Part shown: one piece after another, positions 19,140 to 30,158 of the stretch
Layout of the letters: every line of letters begins with the position of its first letter
How positions within the stretch are numbered: position 1 is the stretch's first letter
Assembly (NCBI GenBank): GCA_963666115.2
Contig: CAXXET010000008.1
Location: 128,001 to 192,000, forward strand
Direction: 5' to 3'
Source of the DNA: Dehalococcoidia bacterium
GTDB taxonomy: Bacteria; Chloroflexota; Dehalococcoidia; UBA6926
Length of the DNA stretch: 64,000 bases
Notes under the pieces: generated by a model
What the model saw: the letters and a program-made list of their open reading frames with translations, nothing else
What the model was told of the DNA's origin: nothing
Databases searched by the model: none
Made by a program: the position numbers and the translations under genes

Positions 19140-21125
19140 ATGCACACACTTTCCAAGACGCTTTTGACGGCGCAGCGCGGCCGCTCGGCCATCCCGTACG
19201 TGGACGTTTCGCTGGCGGCGCGGTGGGGCGGGACGGCACAGCTGCGGTGGGAGCGGCTGTACACGGGGACGGAGCCGGACGGGGCGCACGCGGCCATCGT
19301 CAGCGCGAGCGGGGCGTTGATCCGCGTGAGGACGCAGACCAAACCCAACGGGTTTTTTGTCCAACGGGCGGCATCGCCGGGGCCGACGGCGCAGTTTGGG
19401 ACGTGGCAGAGCCTGGGGGCGACATCCACCGGAGGCGGGGTCGCGATAGCGGAAATCGGCAGCCGCGTTCGCGTCTTCGACGTTGGGTCGAACGGGCGGG
19501 ACATCCGAGAGTGGTCAAGCCTGAACGACGGGGCCTCGTTCGGCTCGCCCACCACGATTGCGACGAACGCGGCGCCGGTGAGGTCGCTTGCGGCGGCGTC
19601 CGGGGCGGGCGGGGCGGCGCTGATTCTCTACGCGGATTCCACGGGCGCGCTGCGCGCCATGACACGCGAGGCGGGGGCGTGGACGGCGGCAACGACGTGG
19701 AGCAACACGCTCTCCAGCATCGACGGGGTCACATGCGCGTCTATCGACGGGGATTGGGCGGTTGTCGTGTGCGGGACGCTCGAGGACGGGTCATCGGGCG
19801 TGTGGAGCTGCGTGCTGGGGGCGGGGTCATCGCAGACGGCCGGCACGTGGTCGGCGCTCCGGGAGGTCATCGCCTCGGCGTCCGGGGCAGGTGTGACGTA
19901 CCGGCAGCCGAGCCTGTGCGTCGCGGACGGGCCGCGGCTGAGCTTCGTCGAGTCGTTCGGCGGGGTGAAGGGCTACGTCCAGACGCTGACGACGCACGCG
20001 CCGGCGTCGGCGCGGTTTCGCGACCACCGCTGGCGGGAGCCGTCGCCGTTCGTCGGAACGCCGCGGGTAGGGCCTGCGCTGGCCGCGAATTCATCGCACG
20101 CGTGGCTGACGACGCCGTCCGGGGTGTGGCGGGCGGGGATCGCCGCGCCGGACATCGATCTATCAGACTCGGTCATCTATGCGGATGTCAAAGAGACGCC
20201 GCGCGGGTCGTCGTTGACGCTGCACCTGGCGGAGGATTCGCGGCTCGATTCGTCAATCACCCAGGGCTCCGGGCCGCTGGGGCATGAGGTCAGCATCGCG
20301 TGGGGGTATGAGACGAGCGCGGGCGGGGAGACGGGGCAGGCGCAGCGGTACTGGACGCGGGAGGTGCGGCGGGAGACGCGGCGGGGCGGCCCGGTGACGG
20401 TGCTGGAGGCGGAGGACGCATGGTGGTTCCTGGCCAACACGCGGACGCGCCGGCAGTTGGTCTGGCCGGCGCACACGACGTCCGTGTGGAACATCCTGCT
20501 TCGCCTGTTGACGATGGCGGGGCTGTCCGCGTCGCTGGCCCGCTCAAGCCCGTCGATCGTGTCGACGTATCCGGCGATGACGGTGTCGCCGAATGAGAGC
20601 CTCGCGGTGGCGATCAACCGGCTGATGGCGCGCGTTCCCGATCTGCTGCGGTTTTCGGACGGGGTCATGGAGGCCATCCAGGCGCTGGCGACAGACTCGG
20701 CGGCGTACGCGTACGGCGGGACGGGCGAGCACGCGCTGCTGGACGCGGGGCGGTCATCGACGCTGTCGCGGGTGAATCACGTGCAGGTGTACGGGGACGG
20801 GGCGGTTGGACAGGCGGTCAACGAGGCGGAGGTGGAGTCGATCGGCAACCTGCTGGTGCAGGTGGTGGACCGCTCGCTGACGACGGCGCACGTGGCCACG
20901 ATCCGGGCGGAGGCGGAACTGCGGACGCGCGGGGCGCTCCAGCCGTTCGCGCGGATCACGGTTCCGGTGAACGCGGGGCAGCAGCTGCATGACGTGGTGA
21001 CGGTGACCGCGCCGGACGTGGGGTGGGACAAGGAGCGCCTGCGCGTGGCGGGGCTGCGGACGCGGTACGACGTGGGCGGGCCGCAGTCGGTCTACCGGCA
21101 GGACATCGACCTGGGCGGGGTGTAG
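19140..21125 (+). CDS. Putative virion structural (tail/baseplate-like) protein
   Basis: 661 aa, beta-rich with a BNR-like SLNDGASFG motif and a tail-hub-like C-terminus (VPVNAGQQLHDVVTV); in the capsid operon. Confidence 0.5.
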   Translation: MHTLSKTLLTAQRGRSAIPYVDVSLAARWGGTAQLRWERLYTGTEPDGAHAAIVSASGALIRVRTQTKPNGFFVQRAASPGPTAQFGTWQSLGATSTGGGVAIAEIGSRVRVFDVGSNGRDIREWSSLNDGASFGSPTTIATNAAPVRSLAAASGAGGAALILYADSTGALRAMTREAGAWTAATTWSNTLSSIDGVTCASIDGDWAVVVCGTLEDGSSGVWSCVLGAGSSQTAGTWSALREVIASASGAGVTYRQPSLCVADGPRLSFVESFGGVKGYVQTLTTHAPASARFRDHRWREPSPFVGTPRVGPALAANSSHAWLTTPSGVWRAGIAAPDIDLSDSVIYADVKETPRGSSLTLHLAEDSRLDSSITQGSGPLGHEVSIAWGYETSAGGETGQAQRYWTREVRRETRRGGPVTVLEAEDAWWFLANTRTRRQLVWPAHTTSVWNILLRLLTMAGLSASLARSSPSIVSTYPAMTVSPNESLAVAINRLMARVPDLLRFSDGVMEAIQALATDSAAYAYGGTGEHALLDAGRSSTLSRVNHVQVYGDGAVGQAVNEAEVESIGNLLVQVVDRSLTTAHVATIRAEAELRTRGALQPFARITVPVNAGQQLHDVVTVTAPDVGWDKERLRVAGLRTRYDVGGPQSVYRQDIDLGGV

Positions 21126-21129
21126 GGCT

Positions 21130-21345
21130 ATGGAACTGCGGCGCGGGACGATCAAGGAGTTCGATAAGACGTCGTTCACCGCCTCCGTGCAGTTGGACGG
21201 GAGCGTGCCGGCGTGGCTGACGGGGGCGCGCGTGAGCCGCGCCATCGCGGCGACGGCGATGCTGGCGGGCCGCTCGTGCATCGTGGCGTTCGCGGCCGAT
21301 CCGTCCGATCCGACGGAGGCGGTGGTGATTGCGGTGTACGTGTGA
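21130..21345 (+). CDS. Small hypothetical protein (OB/spike-like), capsid operon
   Basis: 71 aa, RGTIKEFDKTSFTASVQLDGS; 4 nt after the preceding stop. Confidence 0.55.
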   Translation: MELRRGTIKEFDKTSFTASVQLDGSVPAWLTGARVSRAIAATAMLAGRSCIVAFAADPSDPTEAVVIAVYV

Positions 21346-21363
21346 GCAAATCATACTGGCGGC

Positions 21364-21711
21364 ATGATCCTCTTCAAGGAGCCGAGCGTTCAACTGATCC
21401 TGCGCGGTGAGAAATCGCAGGCGCGCAAGCTGTGGGCGCGGGCGCGAGCCAAGGAGGGCGCGGAGCACCTCCTGTACCGCCGCCCGCCGATGACGGGCGA
21501 GAAGCCGTTCGCGCGAATCCTGGTGACGCGCGTCTGGAAGCAGCGCATCGGGGACATGACACCCGAAGAAGCGCGCGCGGAGGGGTGGCCGGATAAGGCG
21601 TCGTGGATCGAGCAGTTCAGCGCGGGGCGGAAGTTTGACGGGCCCATAGAAGACGTAGAAGTCTACGCCCTGGAATTCACAGTAATAGACCGCTTCGAAG
21701 AACCCGCCTAG
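21364..21711 (+). CDS. ASCH/PUA-like domain protein
   Basis: MILFKEPSVQLILRGEKSQARK...IGDMTPEEARAEG. Confidence 0.65.
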   Translation: MILFKEPSVQLILRGEKSQARKLWARARAKEGAEHLLYRRPPMTGEKPFARILVTRVWKQRIGDMTPEEARAEGWPDKASWIEQFSAGRKFDGPIEDVEVYALEFTVIDRFEEPA

Positions 21712-21716
21712 CGGCG

Positions 21717-22020
21717 GATTCCCGCCCCCCCACTCCCCCTGAGCCGCCCCCCCACTCCCCCTGAGCCGCCCGCCCGCTCACCCTGAGCCGCCCGCCCGCT
21801 CACCCTGACCCCGTCGAAGAGCGCCCCCCCGTCCGTCATTCCCGCGCACGCGGGAATCCGGCACACATTACGCAACCCACTTCGTAACGCCTGACAACCC
21901 CAATGCCATGTCATTCTGAGCGCAGCGAAGAATCCAAAGACCCAATGGTGCCCCCCACTCCCCCTGACCCCGTCGAAGAGCGCCCCCCTCCGTCATTCCC
22001 GCGCACGCGGGAATCTAAAT
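21717..22020. repeat. REP/dRS3-like repeat cluster
   Basis: ccctgagccgccc tandem units, gtcattcccgcgcacgcgggaatc x2, gtcattctgagcgcagcgaagaatc. Confidence 0.85.
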
Positions 22021-22187
22021 CTCACTGGCCTAGCAAGCCCCCACCTAGCTGCAAAACAAACCCTTGTGCTATTCTCGATCGAGAACGGGTGAACAGGAAG
22101 AGGAGAGACAACGAGCCATGTTCTTTGCAGCAGCCTCAATAAGTTTGACTGCGGCTGTGGCACTAGACGCAATAAGGCGGTGAGGGA

Positions 22188-23417
22188 TTGCCTGACCTAA
22201 ACGTCCCCAACCGCACCCTCTTCCACGGCGACAACCTGCCGTTCCTCCGCGGCTTGAACAGCGAGTCGGTCCACCTAATCGCGACGGACCCGCCGTTCAA
22301 CAAGGGACGCGATTTCCACGCGACTCCGGACAGCCTCGCGCGCGGCGCAAAGTTCCAGGACCGCTGGAAGTGGGACGAGGATGTCCAGGGCGAGTGGGTC
22401 GACCAGATCACGGACGACTGGCCGAAAGTGATGAACGTCATCAACGGCTCGCGAGAGAGCTACGGCGACGACATGGGCGCGTTCCTGTGCTTTATGGCCG
22501 TCCGGTTGATCGAGATGCGTCGCGTGCTGCGCGATGACGGCAGCATCTACCTTCATTGCGATCCGACAGCGAGCCACTATCTGAAGGAACTGATGGACGC
22601 CATTTTTGGCAAGAAGAACTTTCAGAACGAGATCATCTGGAGTTATGGCTTGGGAGGCTCTTCACAACGTCGCTATTCCCGTAAACACGACATAATTCTC
22701 TTCTACTCAAAGTCCAGCAACTACACATTCAATAAGCCCCAAATCCCAGCTTCTTCCCAGATGCTAAAGGGACAGTCGAAAGGTGCCACCGACGTTTGGG
22801 AAATCCCCTCCATCAACAATATGGCAAAGGAGAGAACGGGATACCCTACCCAAAAGCCTCTACCACTGTACGAGCGCATCATCAGCGCGAGCAGCAATGA
22901 GGGTGACGTCGTGCTCGATCCATTCGCGGGATGCGCGACGACACCCATCGCGGCTGAGCGGCTCGGTCGACAGTGGGTTGGGGCGGATATTTGGGACGGG
23001 GCGTTGGAAGTCGTCAAGCAGCGAATGGAGGACAACCGGCAGTTGTTGACGGAACCTAATCCGCAGATCAACTTCATCACTGAGCCCCCAGAGCGAACGG
23101 ACGACGCAGAAGAGGCAGTGCCGTTCCTACAGGTGAAGGAGCGCTACAAGGAACCTGCCGGGCCTCGAATGACGCGGCAAGAGATGTTCGACCATCTCAT
23201 CGCACAGAACGGCCAGAAATGCCAGGGCTGCGACCGGACGTTTGATGATCCGCTCTACCTGGAGTTGGATCACAACACGCCGCGCTCGCAGGGCGGGTGG
23301 AATCACATTATGAATCGGGTGCTGCTGTGCGGGCCGTGTAATCGGATCAAGAGCAACGTCTACACGCTGGAGGGCCTGCGGCGGGAGAACCGGCGGCGTG
23401 GGCGGATGGCAGGGTAA
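22188..23417 (+). CDS. N4/N6 DNA methyltransferase fused to C-terminal HNH nuclease
   Basis: ATDPPFN, GYPTQKP, VVLDPFAGCATT; C-terminal CQGC...LELDHNTPRSQGG...N..LLCGPCN. Confidence 0.88.
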   Translation: MPDLNVPNRTLFHGDNLPFLRGLNSESVHLIATDPPFNKGRDFHATPDSLARGAKFQDRWKWDEDVQGEWVDQITDDWPKVMNVINGSRESYGDDMGAFLCFMAVRLIEMRRVLRDDGSIYLHCDPTASHYLKELMDAIFGKKNFQNEIIWSYGLGGSSQRRYSRKHDIILFYSKSSNYTFNKPQIPASSQMLKGQSKGATDVWEIPSINNMAKERTGYPTQKPLPLYERIISASSNEGDVVLDPFAGCATTPIAAERLGRQWVGADIWDGALEVVKQRMEDNRQLLTEPNPQINFITEPPERTDDAEEAVPFLQVKERYKEPAGPRMTRQEMFDHLIAQNGQKCQGCDRTFDDPLYLELDHNTPRSQGGWNHIMNRVLLCGPCNRIKSNVYTLEGLRRENRRRGRMAG

Positions 23418-23547
23418 GGCGATATGAGAATTCACATCAAAATGGGGCGCCGTTCACGGCGTAGCCTAATGTGCCTCCAACCCGCAGTGAACGCCAATAA
23501 CAAGCAGACGCTGAGGACGTTGGTGGAGGCGGGGATTGAGGGGTAGG

Positions 23548-24627
23548 ATGGCAACCTTTCGCGCAGCCACTAGAGCACTCCGGGTGACCCTTGGTCTAAT
23601 CTTCTTTGGGGTCATCCTCACGGTCATACTCGAATTGTACGTCGCCGGTATTGTGTCGCTTGGACCACGCTTTGTGCCATCGGCCTTTATCGCGCTTCTA
23701 ATCGCGACATCGATACTTGTGGTCGGGTGGAGGGTACTTGGAAGCCTTGATGAACGCCGAACTCGCATATTGACCAAACGCTATTCGCGGCGATTCGTCA
23801 GGCGGTACATTCGGCCACGTGCACGGAGATACTATTCTTTGCTTCTCATATTTCTCTTGGCTGGGCTAGTGATCTTTCTTGCTTCGATGGCTTTCGCATC
23901 AGGTTCGCGTTCCAAAGATGCGGATGTCGCTCTTCAATCATTCAACCTAAAGCACGTTGCGGAAGCAGGAAACGGCGCTCTAGAGAGTACGCTGGTCGAG
24001 TATGAGAGAGCCCGGCGGCAACTTGCAAAGCGCTGGGCGGTATCCAATCCCAGTCCTCCTATTGACCTGTATCTTTTCAAGGATCTTGAAGAGTATAGAG
24101 AATTCTCCGGTGACGATTGGTCCGGTGGCGCCGCAAGTTGCCAAGAAAACAACGCGGCTGTTTTTGCTCCCCTCGAAAAGGCGTGGAGCATGTTTCAATC
24201 GGACTTTACATCACTCACTCCACGACATGAAATGCTGCACGCCATTTGGTGCCAGATTTTGGGGCGGGAGTCCTTCTATTCGATTCCGCTCTGGTTCCAC
24301 GAGGGCATGGCGGGACACTTTGCAAACGAAGAGACGGCTCTCTTTAATAGGGGGCTAAATCGCTGGTGGGTGTGGATTAGCCGCGGTAGCTTGCTACGTA
24401 CAGCTGAGTTTTGCGTTTATGAACCCAGGGACAACCATACTGAGATAGGTCTCTTCTACGGTGCCTCGTATGAGTTCATCCGGTCGCTTGAGGCAAAGCA
24501 TGGAATCGAGAATCTCGACGCGGTGATAGACGACATCAGAGATGGAAAGACTTTCGACGATAGTTTGCGTGATCGCCTGGGCGGTACTTGCAACGAGCTG
24601 TACGCCGAATGGCGTGAGAGCCTGTAG
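23548..24627 (+). CDS. Membrane-anchored gluzincin (peptidase MA-like)
   Basis: Three TM segments, HEMLH zinc motif and PLWFHEGMA. Confidence 0.75.
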   Translation: MATFRAATRALRVTLGLIFFGVILTVILELYVAGIVSLGPRFVPSAFIALLIATSILVVGWRVLGSLDERRTRILTKRYSRRFVRRYIRPRARRYYSLLLIFLLAGLVIFLASMAFASGSRSKDADVALQSFNLKHVAEAGNGALESTLVEYERARRQLAKRWAVSNPSPPIDLYLFKDLEEYREFSGDDWSGGAASCQENNAAVFAPLEKAWSMFQSDFTSLTPRHEMLHAIWCQILGRESFYSIPLWFHEGMAGHFANEETALFNRGLNRWWVWISRGSLLRTAEFCVYEPRDNHTEIGLFYGASYEFIRSLEAKHGIENLDAVIDDIRDGKTFDDSLRDRLGGTCNELYAEWRESL

Positions 24628-24654
24628 GCGCTCCACGCTCTAGGCGCATCGCCC

Positions 24655-25110
24655 GATGGATTCCCGCTTTCGCGGGAAAAAGGGGGGGCGGGGGGGGGGG
24701 GTCTTCGACGGGGGCGGGGGCTGACGGTCGTCGGTTGGCGGCACGGGGTTTGGTTGGCGGAGTATGCGCCAGATTCCCGCGTGCGCGGGAATGACGGAGG
24801 GGGCGGCCCCCACCTACGCGGGGGATACGGAGGGGGGCGGGAGAAGGGGGAGCCCGATGGATTCCGGCTTTCGCCGGAATGAGGGGAGGGGGGCGCCCGT
24901 CGACGGGCTCAGGGTGAACGGGGGGGGCGGAAAAGGCGGAGGGGCCCGATGGATTCCGGCTTTCGCCGGAATGACGGAGGGGGGCGCCCTTCGACAGGCT
25001 CAGGGTGAACGGGGGGGGCGGTCGTCGGTTGGCGGCACGGGGTTTGGTTGGGGGGGTATGCGCCAGATTCCCGCGTGCGCGGGAATGACGGAGGGGGGCG
25101 GCCCCCGCCC
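24655..25110. repeat. REP/dRS3-like repeat cluster (reverse orientation) with an internal ~80-bp duplication
   Basis: gattcccgcgtgcgcgggaatgac x2, gattccggctttcgccggaatga x2; 24724-24810 matches 25020-25105. Confidence 0.85.
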
Positions 25111-25166
25111 ACGTCCGTCAGAATCCCCCGCGCTCGTGGTTCATGCCCATCCATTATCATTACCCC

Positions 25167-26819
25167 ATGACAACACCAACACCCACCGCCTGGCGCAACA
25201 AGCTCCACTTCGGAGACAACCTCCCCATCATGCGGGAGCACATCCCCGATGAGTCCGTTGACCTCATCTACCTTGACCCCCCCTTCAACTCCAACGCCAC
25301 CTACAACGTCCTCTTCCGCGAGCACGACAGCAGCGAGTCCGCCGCCCAGATCCAGGCGTTCGATGACACCTGGCACTGGAGCACGGAGGCCGAATGGGCC
25401 TATGAACAGATCGTCACCAACGGCCCGTCCCGCCTCGCGGACATGCTCCAGTCCATGCGCGGGTTCCTGGGACGGAACGACATGATGGCCTACCTCACCA
25501 TGATGGCCCCGCGCATGGTGGAGCTTCATCGCGTCCTCAAGCCCACCGGCAGCATCTACCTCCACTGCGACGCTACCGCCAGCCACTACCTCAAGCTTCT
25601 CATGGACGCCGTGTTCGGGCCGGACAATTTCAGAAATCAGATCATCTGGAAGCGGACATCCGCCCACAGCGATGCCAGGGCAATGGGGCGAACCCACGAC
25701 ACCATCCTCTTGTACTCAAGGCAAGTCAGGTCGTTCCAATGGAACTCTCAGTATCAGGACTACGATCCCGATTACATCAGGACCCACTATCGCTATACCA
25801 GTGAGGATGGCCGGGTATTCCGTACCGACAATCTAACCGCCGGCGGCCTAAGCGGCGGCGGTTACCAATATGAATGGAATGGTGTCAGCCGCACGTGGCG
25901 CGCGCCCATAGAGACGATGCAACGCTGGGAAAACGAAGGGAGAATCCGCTACACGCGCAACGGGGTTGCGGAGTATATTCGCTATCTCGATGAGATGCCG
26001 GGCGTGCCGCTCCAGGACGTATGGAACGATATACCTCCCCTGAATCCACAGGCGCGCGAGCGCCTTGGCTACCCCACCCAGAAGCCGGAGGCCCTGCTTG
26101 AGCGCATCATCGCCGCGTCCAGCAACGAGGGCGACGTCGTGCTCGACCCATTCTGCGGATGCGGCACCGCCGTCGCAGTCGCAGAGAGGCTGGACCGCAA
26201 GTGGATCGGAATCGATATTACCCACCTGGCCATCTCTCTCATCCGCAGTCGGCTGCGCGATGCCTTTGGCGACGACGTCTCAGCTTATGACGTAATAGGC
26301 TCACCGGCGGATGTGGAAAGCGCCCGTGCCTTGTCGCTGGGAAACGGCAACACGGGCCGCTACCAGTTCGAATACTGGGCGCTTGGCCTCGTTGAGGCGC
26401 GACCTGCAAATGAGCGGCGCAAGGGCGCGGACTCCGGCGTCGACGGCATCATCCGATTCTTCGACGACAATTCCGGCAAGGCGAAAACCATCATCGTGCA
26501 GGTCAAGAGCGGGCAGGTTGGCCGCAACGTCATCGCCACCCTCAAGGGCGACATGGAGCGGGAGAACGCGGAGATGGGCCTGCTCATCACCCTTGAGCCG
26601 CCCACGAGGCCAATGACCGATGAGGCAACCGCCGCCGGATTCTACGTGCCGGAAGCATTCCCGGACAGGCAATTCCCGCGCGTCCAAATCGCCACCGTCG
26701 AAGACATCCTGAACGGCAACGGTCCCGCCATACCCCAACTCGGCCTTTCCCAGTCCCCCACCTTCCGCCGCGCCCCCCGCCAACGCCGCGCCCAGGGCCG
26801 CTCTCAGCGAATGGTGTAA
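25167..26819 (+). CDS. N4/N6 DNA methyltransferase with C-terminal Mrr-like nuclease domain
   Basis: LIYLDPPFNS, GYPTQKPEALL, LDPFCGCGT; C-terminal GADSGVDG...IIVQVKSG; TATCAT-6nt-ATG leaderless start. Confidence 0.88.
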   Translation: MTTPTPTAWRNKLHFGDNLPIMREHIPDESVDLIYLDPPFNSNATYNVLFREHDSSESAAQIQAFDDTWHWSTEAEWAYEQIVTNGPSRLADMLQSMRGFLGRNDMMAYLTMMAPRMVELHRVLKPTGSIYLHCDATASHYLKLLMDAVFGPDNFRNQIIWKRTSAHSDARAMGRTHDTILLYSRQVRSFQWNSQYQDYDPDYIRTHYRYTSEDGRVFRTDNLTAGGLSGGGYQYEWNGVSRTWRAPIETMQRWENEGRIRYTRNGVAEYIRYLDEMPGVPLQDVWNDIPPLNPQARERLGYPTQKPEALLERIIAASSNEGDVVLDPFCGCGTAVAVAERLDRKWIGIDITHLAISLIRSRLRDAFGDDVSAYDVIGSPADVESARALSLGNGNTGRYQFEYWALGLVEARPANERRKGADSGVDGIIRFFDDNSGKAKTIIVQVKSGQVGRNVIATLKGDMERENAEMGLLITLEPPTRPMTDEATAAGFYVPEAFPDRQFPRVQIATVEDILNGNGPAIPQLGLSQSPTFRRAPRQRRAQGRSQRMV

Positions 26820-26837
26820 GTCTTTGGCGATTCTCCG

Positions 26838-27107
26838 CTATGCCTGCTCAGCGAGCGCCAGTTCATTCAGCGTTTTCCCCGTAATCTCCATATAAAGCGC
26901 GTCCGCGCAGATATCGATGTCGTCGCCCCACGCAATCGCCCGGTACTCGGTCAAGCGAACCGACTCAAAGAAAGAGCGGTCGTTCCACGCGGCGAAGACG
27001 CCCTTCCCCGCCATGTCGGACAGGTCTATCTCGCCGGACGCCCCATCGTTGAAGCGCACCCAGATGCGGCAGCCCTCACGGGCCTCGACTGCTATCGGCT
27101 TGAGCAC
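26838..27107 (-). CDS. DUF2442-family protein (orphan antitoxin-like)
   Basis: IWVRFNDGASGEIDLS...GVFAAW.D..FF...IAWGDDIDICADALY. Confidence 0.8.
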   Translation of the reverse strand: MLKPIAVEAREGCRIWVRFNDGASGEIDLSDMAGKGVFAAWNDRSFFESVRLTEYRAIAWGDDIDICADALYMEITGKTLNELALAEQA

Positions 27108-27205
27108 CCCTGTCCTTCACGCGCAGTATACCAACGTTGGGGGGTGGGGGGTGGGCGGCTAATTGGTTGGGGTATGCGTGCGGGAAAGGCTACACTTGTT
27201 CCGTC

Positions 27206-30143
27206 ATGCCGCATACGGAACCTACAGTCAATGCAGCCCTCGCGGGTCTCCTGCGGCCTATGTTCGCCGGGGGGACGGTGGCGGGCGAGGACACGGGCGG
27301 GGTCAGCGAGAATCCGTCCCTCCGGTTGGACGCGCTGATCACTGCGCCTGGGCGGTCTCCGGTTTCGATCGAGGCGGAGTTTATGCCGGCTCGCACGGTG
27401 GAGGATGACGCGACGGCCCGGCTCGGCCTGACCGCGCGTCGAGACAACAAGACGATTGAGGCGGCATTGGCCGTGCGCTACCCGGAGCGGTTGAGAGACG
27501 ACCGGGTCGATATCGATTCCGAGTTGGGTGATGCGCGCCTGTCGTATGCCGTCTACACGCTCGAAGGTCCCCGCAACGCGCCCAGGCACGCGCGCTTTCC
27601 GGAGAGCGGCTGGCTTGAAGGAGACGTGGGAGACCTTGCGAACTTGGCACGGTTGGTTTCCACCTCTCAGCGCACGGTAGACGATGCCACGACGAATCTG
27701 GAGACAGGCATCAACGCCGGGGCGAGAATCCTTGGAGAAATGGATACTCGCCAGCCGGGCGTCAATATCGAGGTCGCACGAGAACTCGGCATGGAAAATG
27801 GCGAGCAAACACGCCGGATGGCCTGCGCCATCATCACAAATGCCCTGATCTTTCACGAGCGCATGGTCGGGATGCTCCCCGAACTACGCCTTACGTCTCT
27901 GCGCGGCGTCGCGGGCGCCGACGTGCTCGATCCGCAGGGCCGCGTCCTCGACGCGTGGCGGGAGATTCTGCACGTCAACTATTTCCCGATATTCCATATT
28001 GCGCGGCGCGTTCTGACACAACTGCCGGCGGCACATGGAAGTCACTTGATACGGGTGCTAAGCCAGACGGCCTGGGAGACAACGTCCACGGGAATTGACA
28101 ACGCGCACGATTTGACCGGGCGCGTCTTTCAGCGGCTAATCGCCGACCGCAAGTACCTGGCCACGTTCTACACCCGGCCGGGCGTCGGCAGCTCTCCTCG
28201 CTCAACTCGCGATTGCGAAATTGCAGGGTGTCGATTGGTCAAGCGCGGACGACATCGGCCGGCTGCGGATAGCGGACTTCGCGTGCGGGACAGGCGCGCT
28301 GCTCTCGGCAACATACGAACAGATCGCCTCTCGCTACGCCCGGACGGGGGGCGATTCGCGGAACCTGCACACAACGATGATGGAAGACGTGCTGATCGGC
28401 TGCGACGTGATGCCGTCCGCCGTTCACATCACAGCGTCGACCCTGGCAGGCATCGAGCCGGTTGTGCCGTACGGCAGCGCAAAGCTGTACACGATGTTCT
28501 ATGGGCGCCAGCCCAACGATGACGTGCAGATCGGCTCCCTGGAGTTCCTGGCGGCAGACAGCGTCTTGACGAATACCCGTGAGGGCGGCACGTCAGCGCA
28601 GATGGGCGACGGCGGCGAGGAGACCCCTGATAACGTCTTCGCAGACGTGCCTGACGGGAGCCTGGACCTTGTCATCATGAACCCGCCGTTTACGCGGGCG
28701 GGGTCCGATTGGGAGGGGGCGAACAGAGACGAAGACTACGTTAAGCAGTTCAGGGGGCTGAGCACTGCGCTCGATACGCAGAAGGAGATGTCGGAACGGC
28801 TGCGCCGCTTTACCCGCAATACGGCGTATCACGGGTATGCGGGGATTGCCTCGGCATTCGTCGCGCTCGCCGACAAGAAGCTCAAGCCCGGCGGCGCGCT
28901 CGCTCTCGTCTTGCCCATCTCCGCTGCCGCCGGAATGTCGTGGCAGTCGTTTAGACGACTCATCGGTCGTTCGTACACGGACGTCGAGGTTCTTACCATC
29001 ACGTCGAACGGCGGAGGGATTTCGTTCTCGGCGGATACCAACATCGCGGAATGCCTGGTCATTGCCACGAAGAATGACGGCGCGGGCAATGAGAATACGG
29101 GGCGATTCGCGTCATTGGAGCGCCGCCCGCGCGACATGATGCAGGCCTCGGTGCTCGCGGACGCGATCACGGGGATAACGGCGCCCCGGTCGATTGACGA
29201 CGGACCGTATGGGGGCACGGCAATCATGGTTGGCGAGCAGCCGACCGGCGAACTCATGGCGCTGCCTGTCACGAGAGACGGGGACATTTGGGGGACGGTG
29301 CGGCTGCTGGACGGCTCCGTCGCGCAGACGGCGCACGCGCTGAGCGAGTCACGCTTGTGGCTGCCGGGGAATGCAAACGGGACCGATCTGCCAATAGCAG
29401 CTCTGTCTGAAGTAGGCCATCGGGGCTGGCACGACATAAACATTGCCAGCTCCTCGGGGCCATTTACAAGGACTCCGCCACGCCCTACAGCTACTTACCC
29501 CGCGTTGTGGAGCCATGATGCAAAGAGAGAGACTCGACTGGTCTGTGAACCTGACACCGAATTGCGCGTCAAGCAGGGGCAGGAGGCAAGAGCAAGCGAG
29601 GCGTGGGCAACGGCAGGCCGGGCCCATTTGAGCAAGGGGTTTCGGTTCAATTCCCAGCCCCTGTCGGCAGCATACACCGCAACACTGTCCTTGGGCGGCG
29701 GCGGATGGCCAAACGTCAACTTCGCCAACGAGGCTTCCGACAAGGGGTTTATCCTCTGGTCGAACTCTACTCTGGGATTAGTTTCCTACTGGTGGCATGC
29801 GAACCGCCAACAAAGCGGGCGGGGAATGATGACGGTTACTTCTATGGACTCTCTGCCCGTCCTGGATTTTCGGGGGATGAGCGATGAGCAGCTCGCCGCG
29901 GCGGAGCGCATCTTCGAGGAGTTCAGTGACAAGGATTTGATGCCGGCCTACCTGGCGGACGCTGATCCGAACCGCGATCTGCTCGATAGGCGGGTCGTCA
30001 TGGACATGCTGGGATTCGATGAGGACGTCTATCGGGGGGTGCGTCGGCTGGCGCAGAAGTGGTGCGCGGAGCCGTCCGTTCACGGGGGCAAGGCGCGTCC
30101 TCGTGACGCGCGTCCTATCCTGGGGGATTCTTCGCTGGGCTGA
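27206..30143 (+). CDS. Type IIG restriction-modification fusion (REase-m6A MTase-TRD), +1 frameshift at about 28180
   Basis: N-terminal LDALI...SIEAE nuclease motif, ATFYT, IADFACGTG, IMNPPF; removing one G at 28180-28182 gives YTRPASAALLAQLA and joins the two ORFs. Confidence 0.8.
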
Positions 30144-30158
30144 GGGCGGGCGGGGGGG

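Noticed and set aside
17628-21711. Intact prophage or classical family 1 encapsulin
   Set aside because: No integrase, terminase, portal, lysis or replication genes; no encapsulin cargo enzyme, and the neighbours look like virion structural genes
21717-21830. Possible CRISPR or iteron array
   Set aside because: Degenerate contiguous REP half-sites; no spacers and no rep gene
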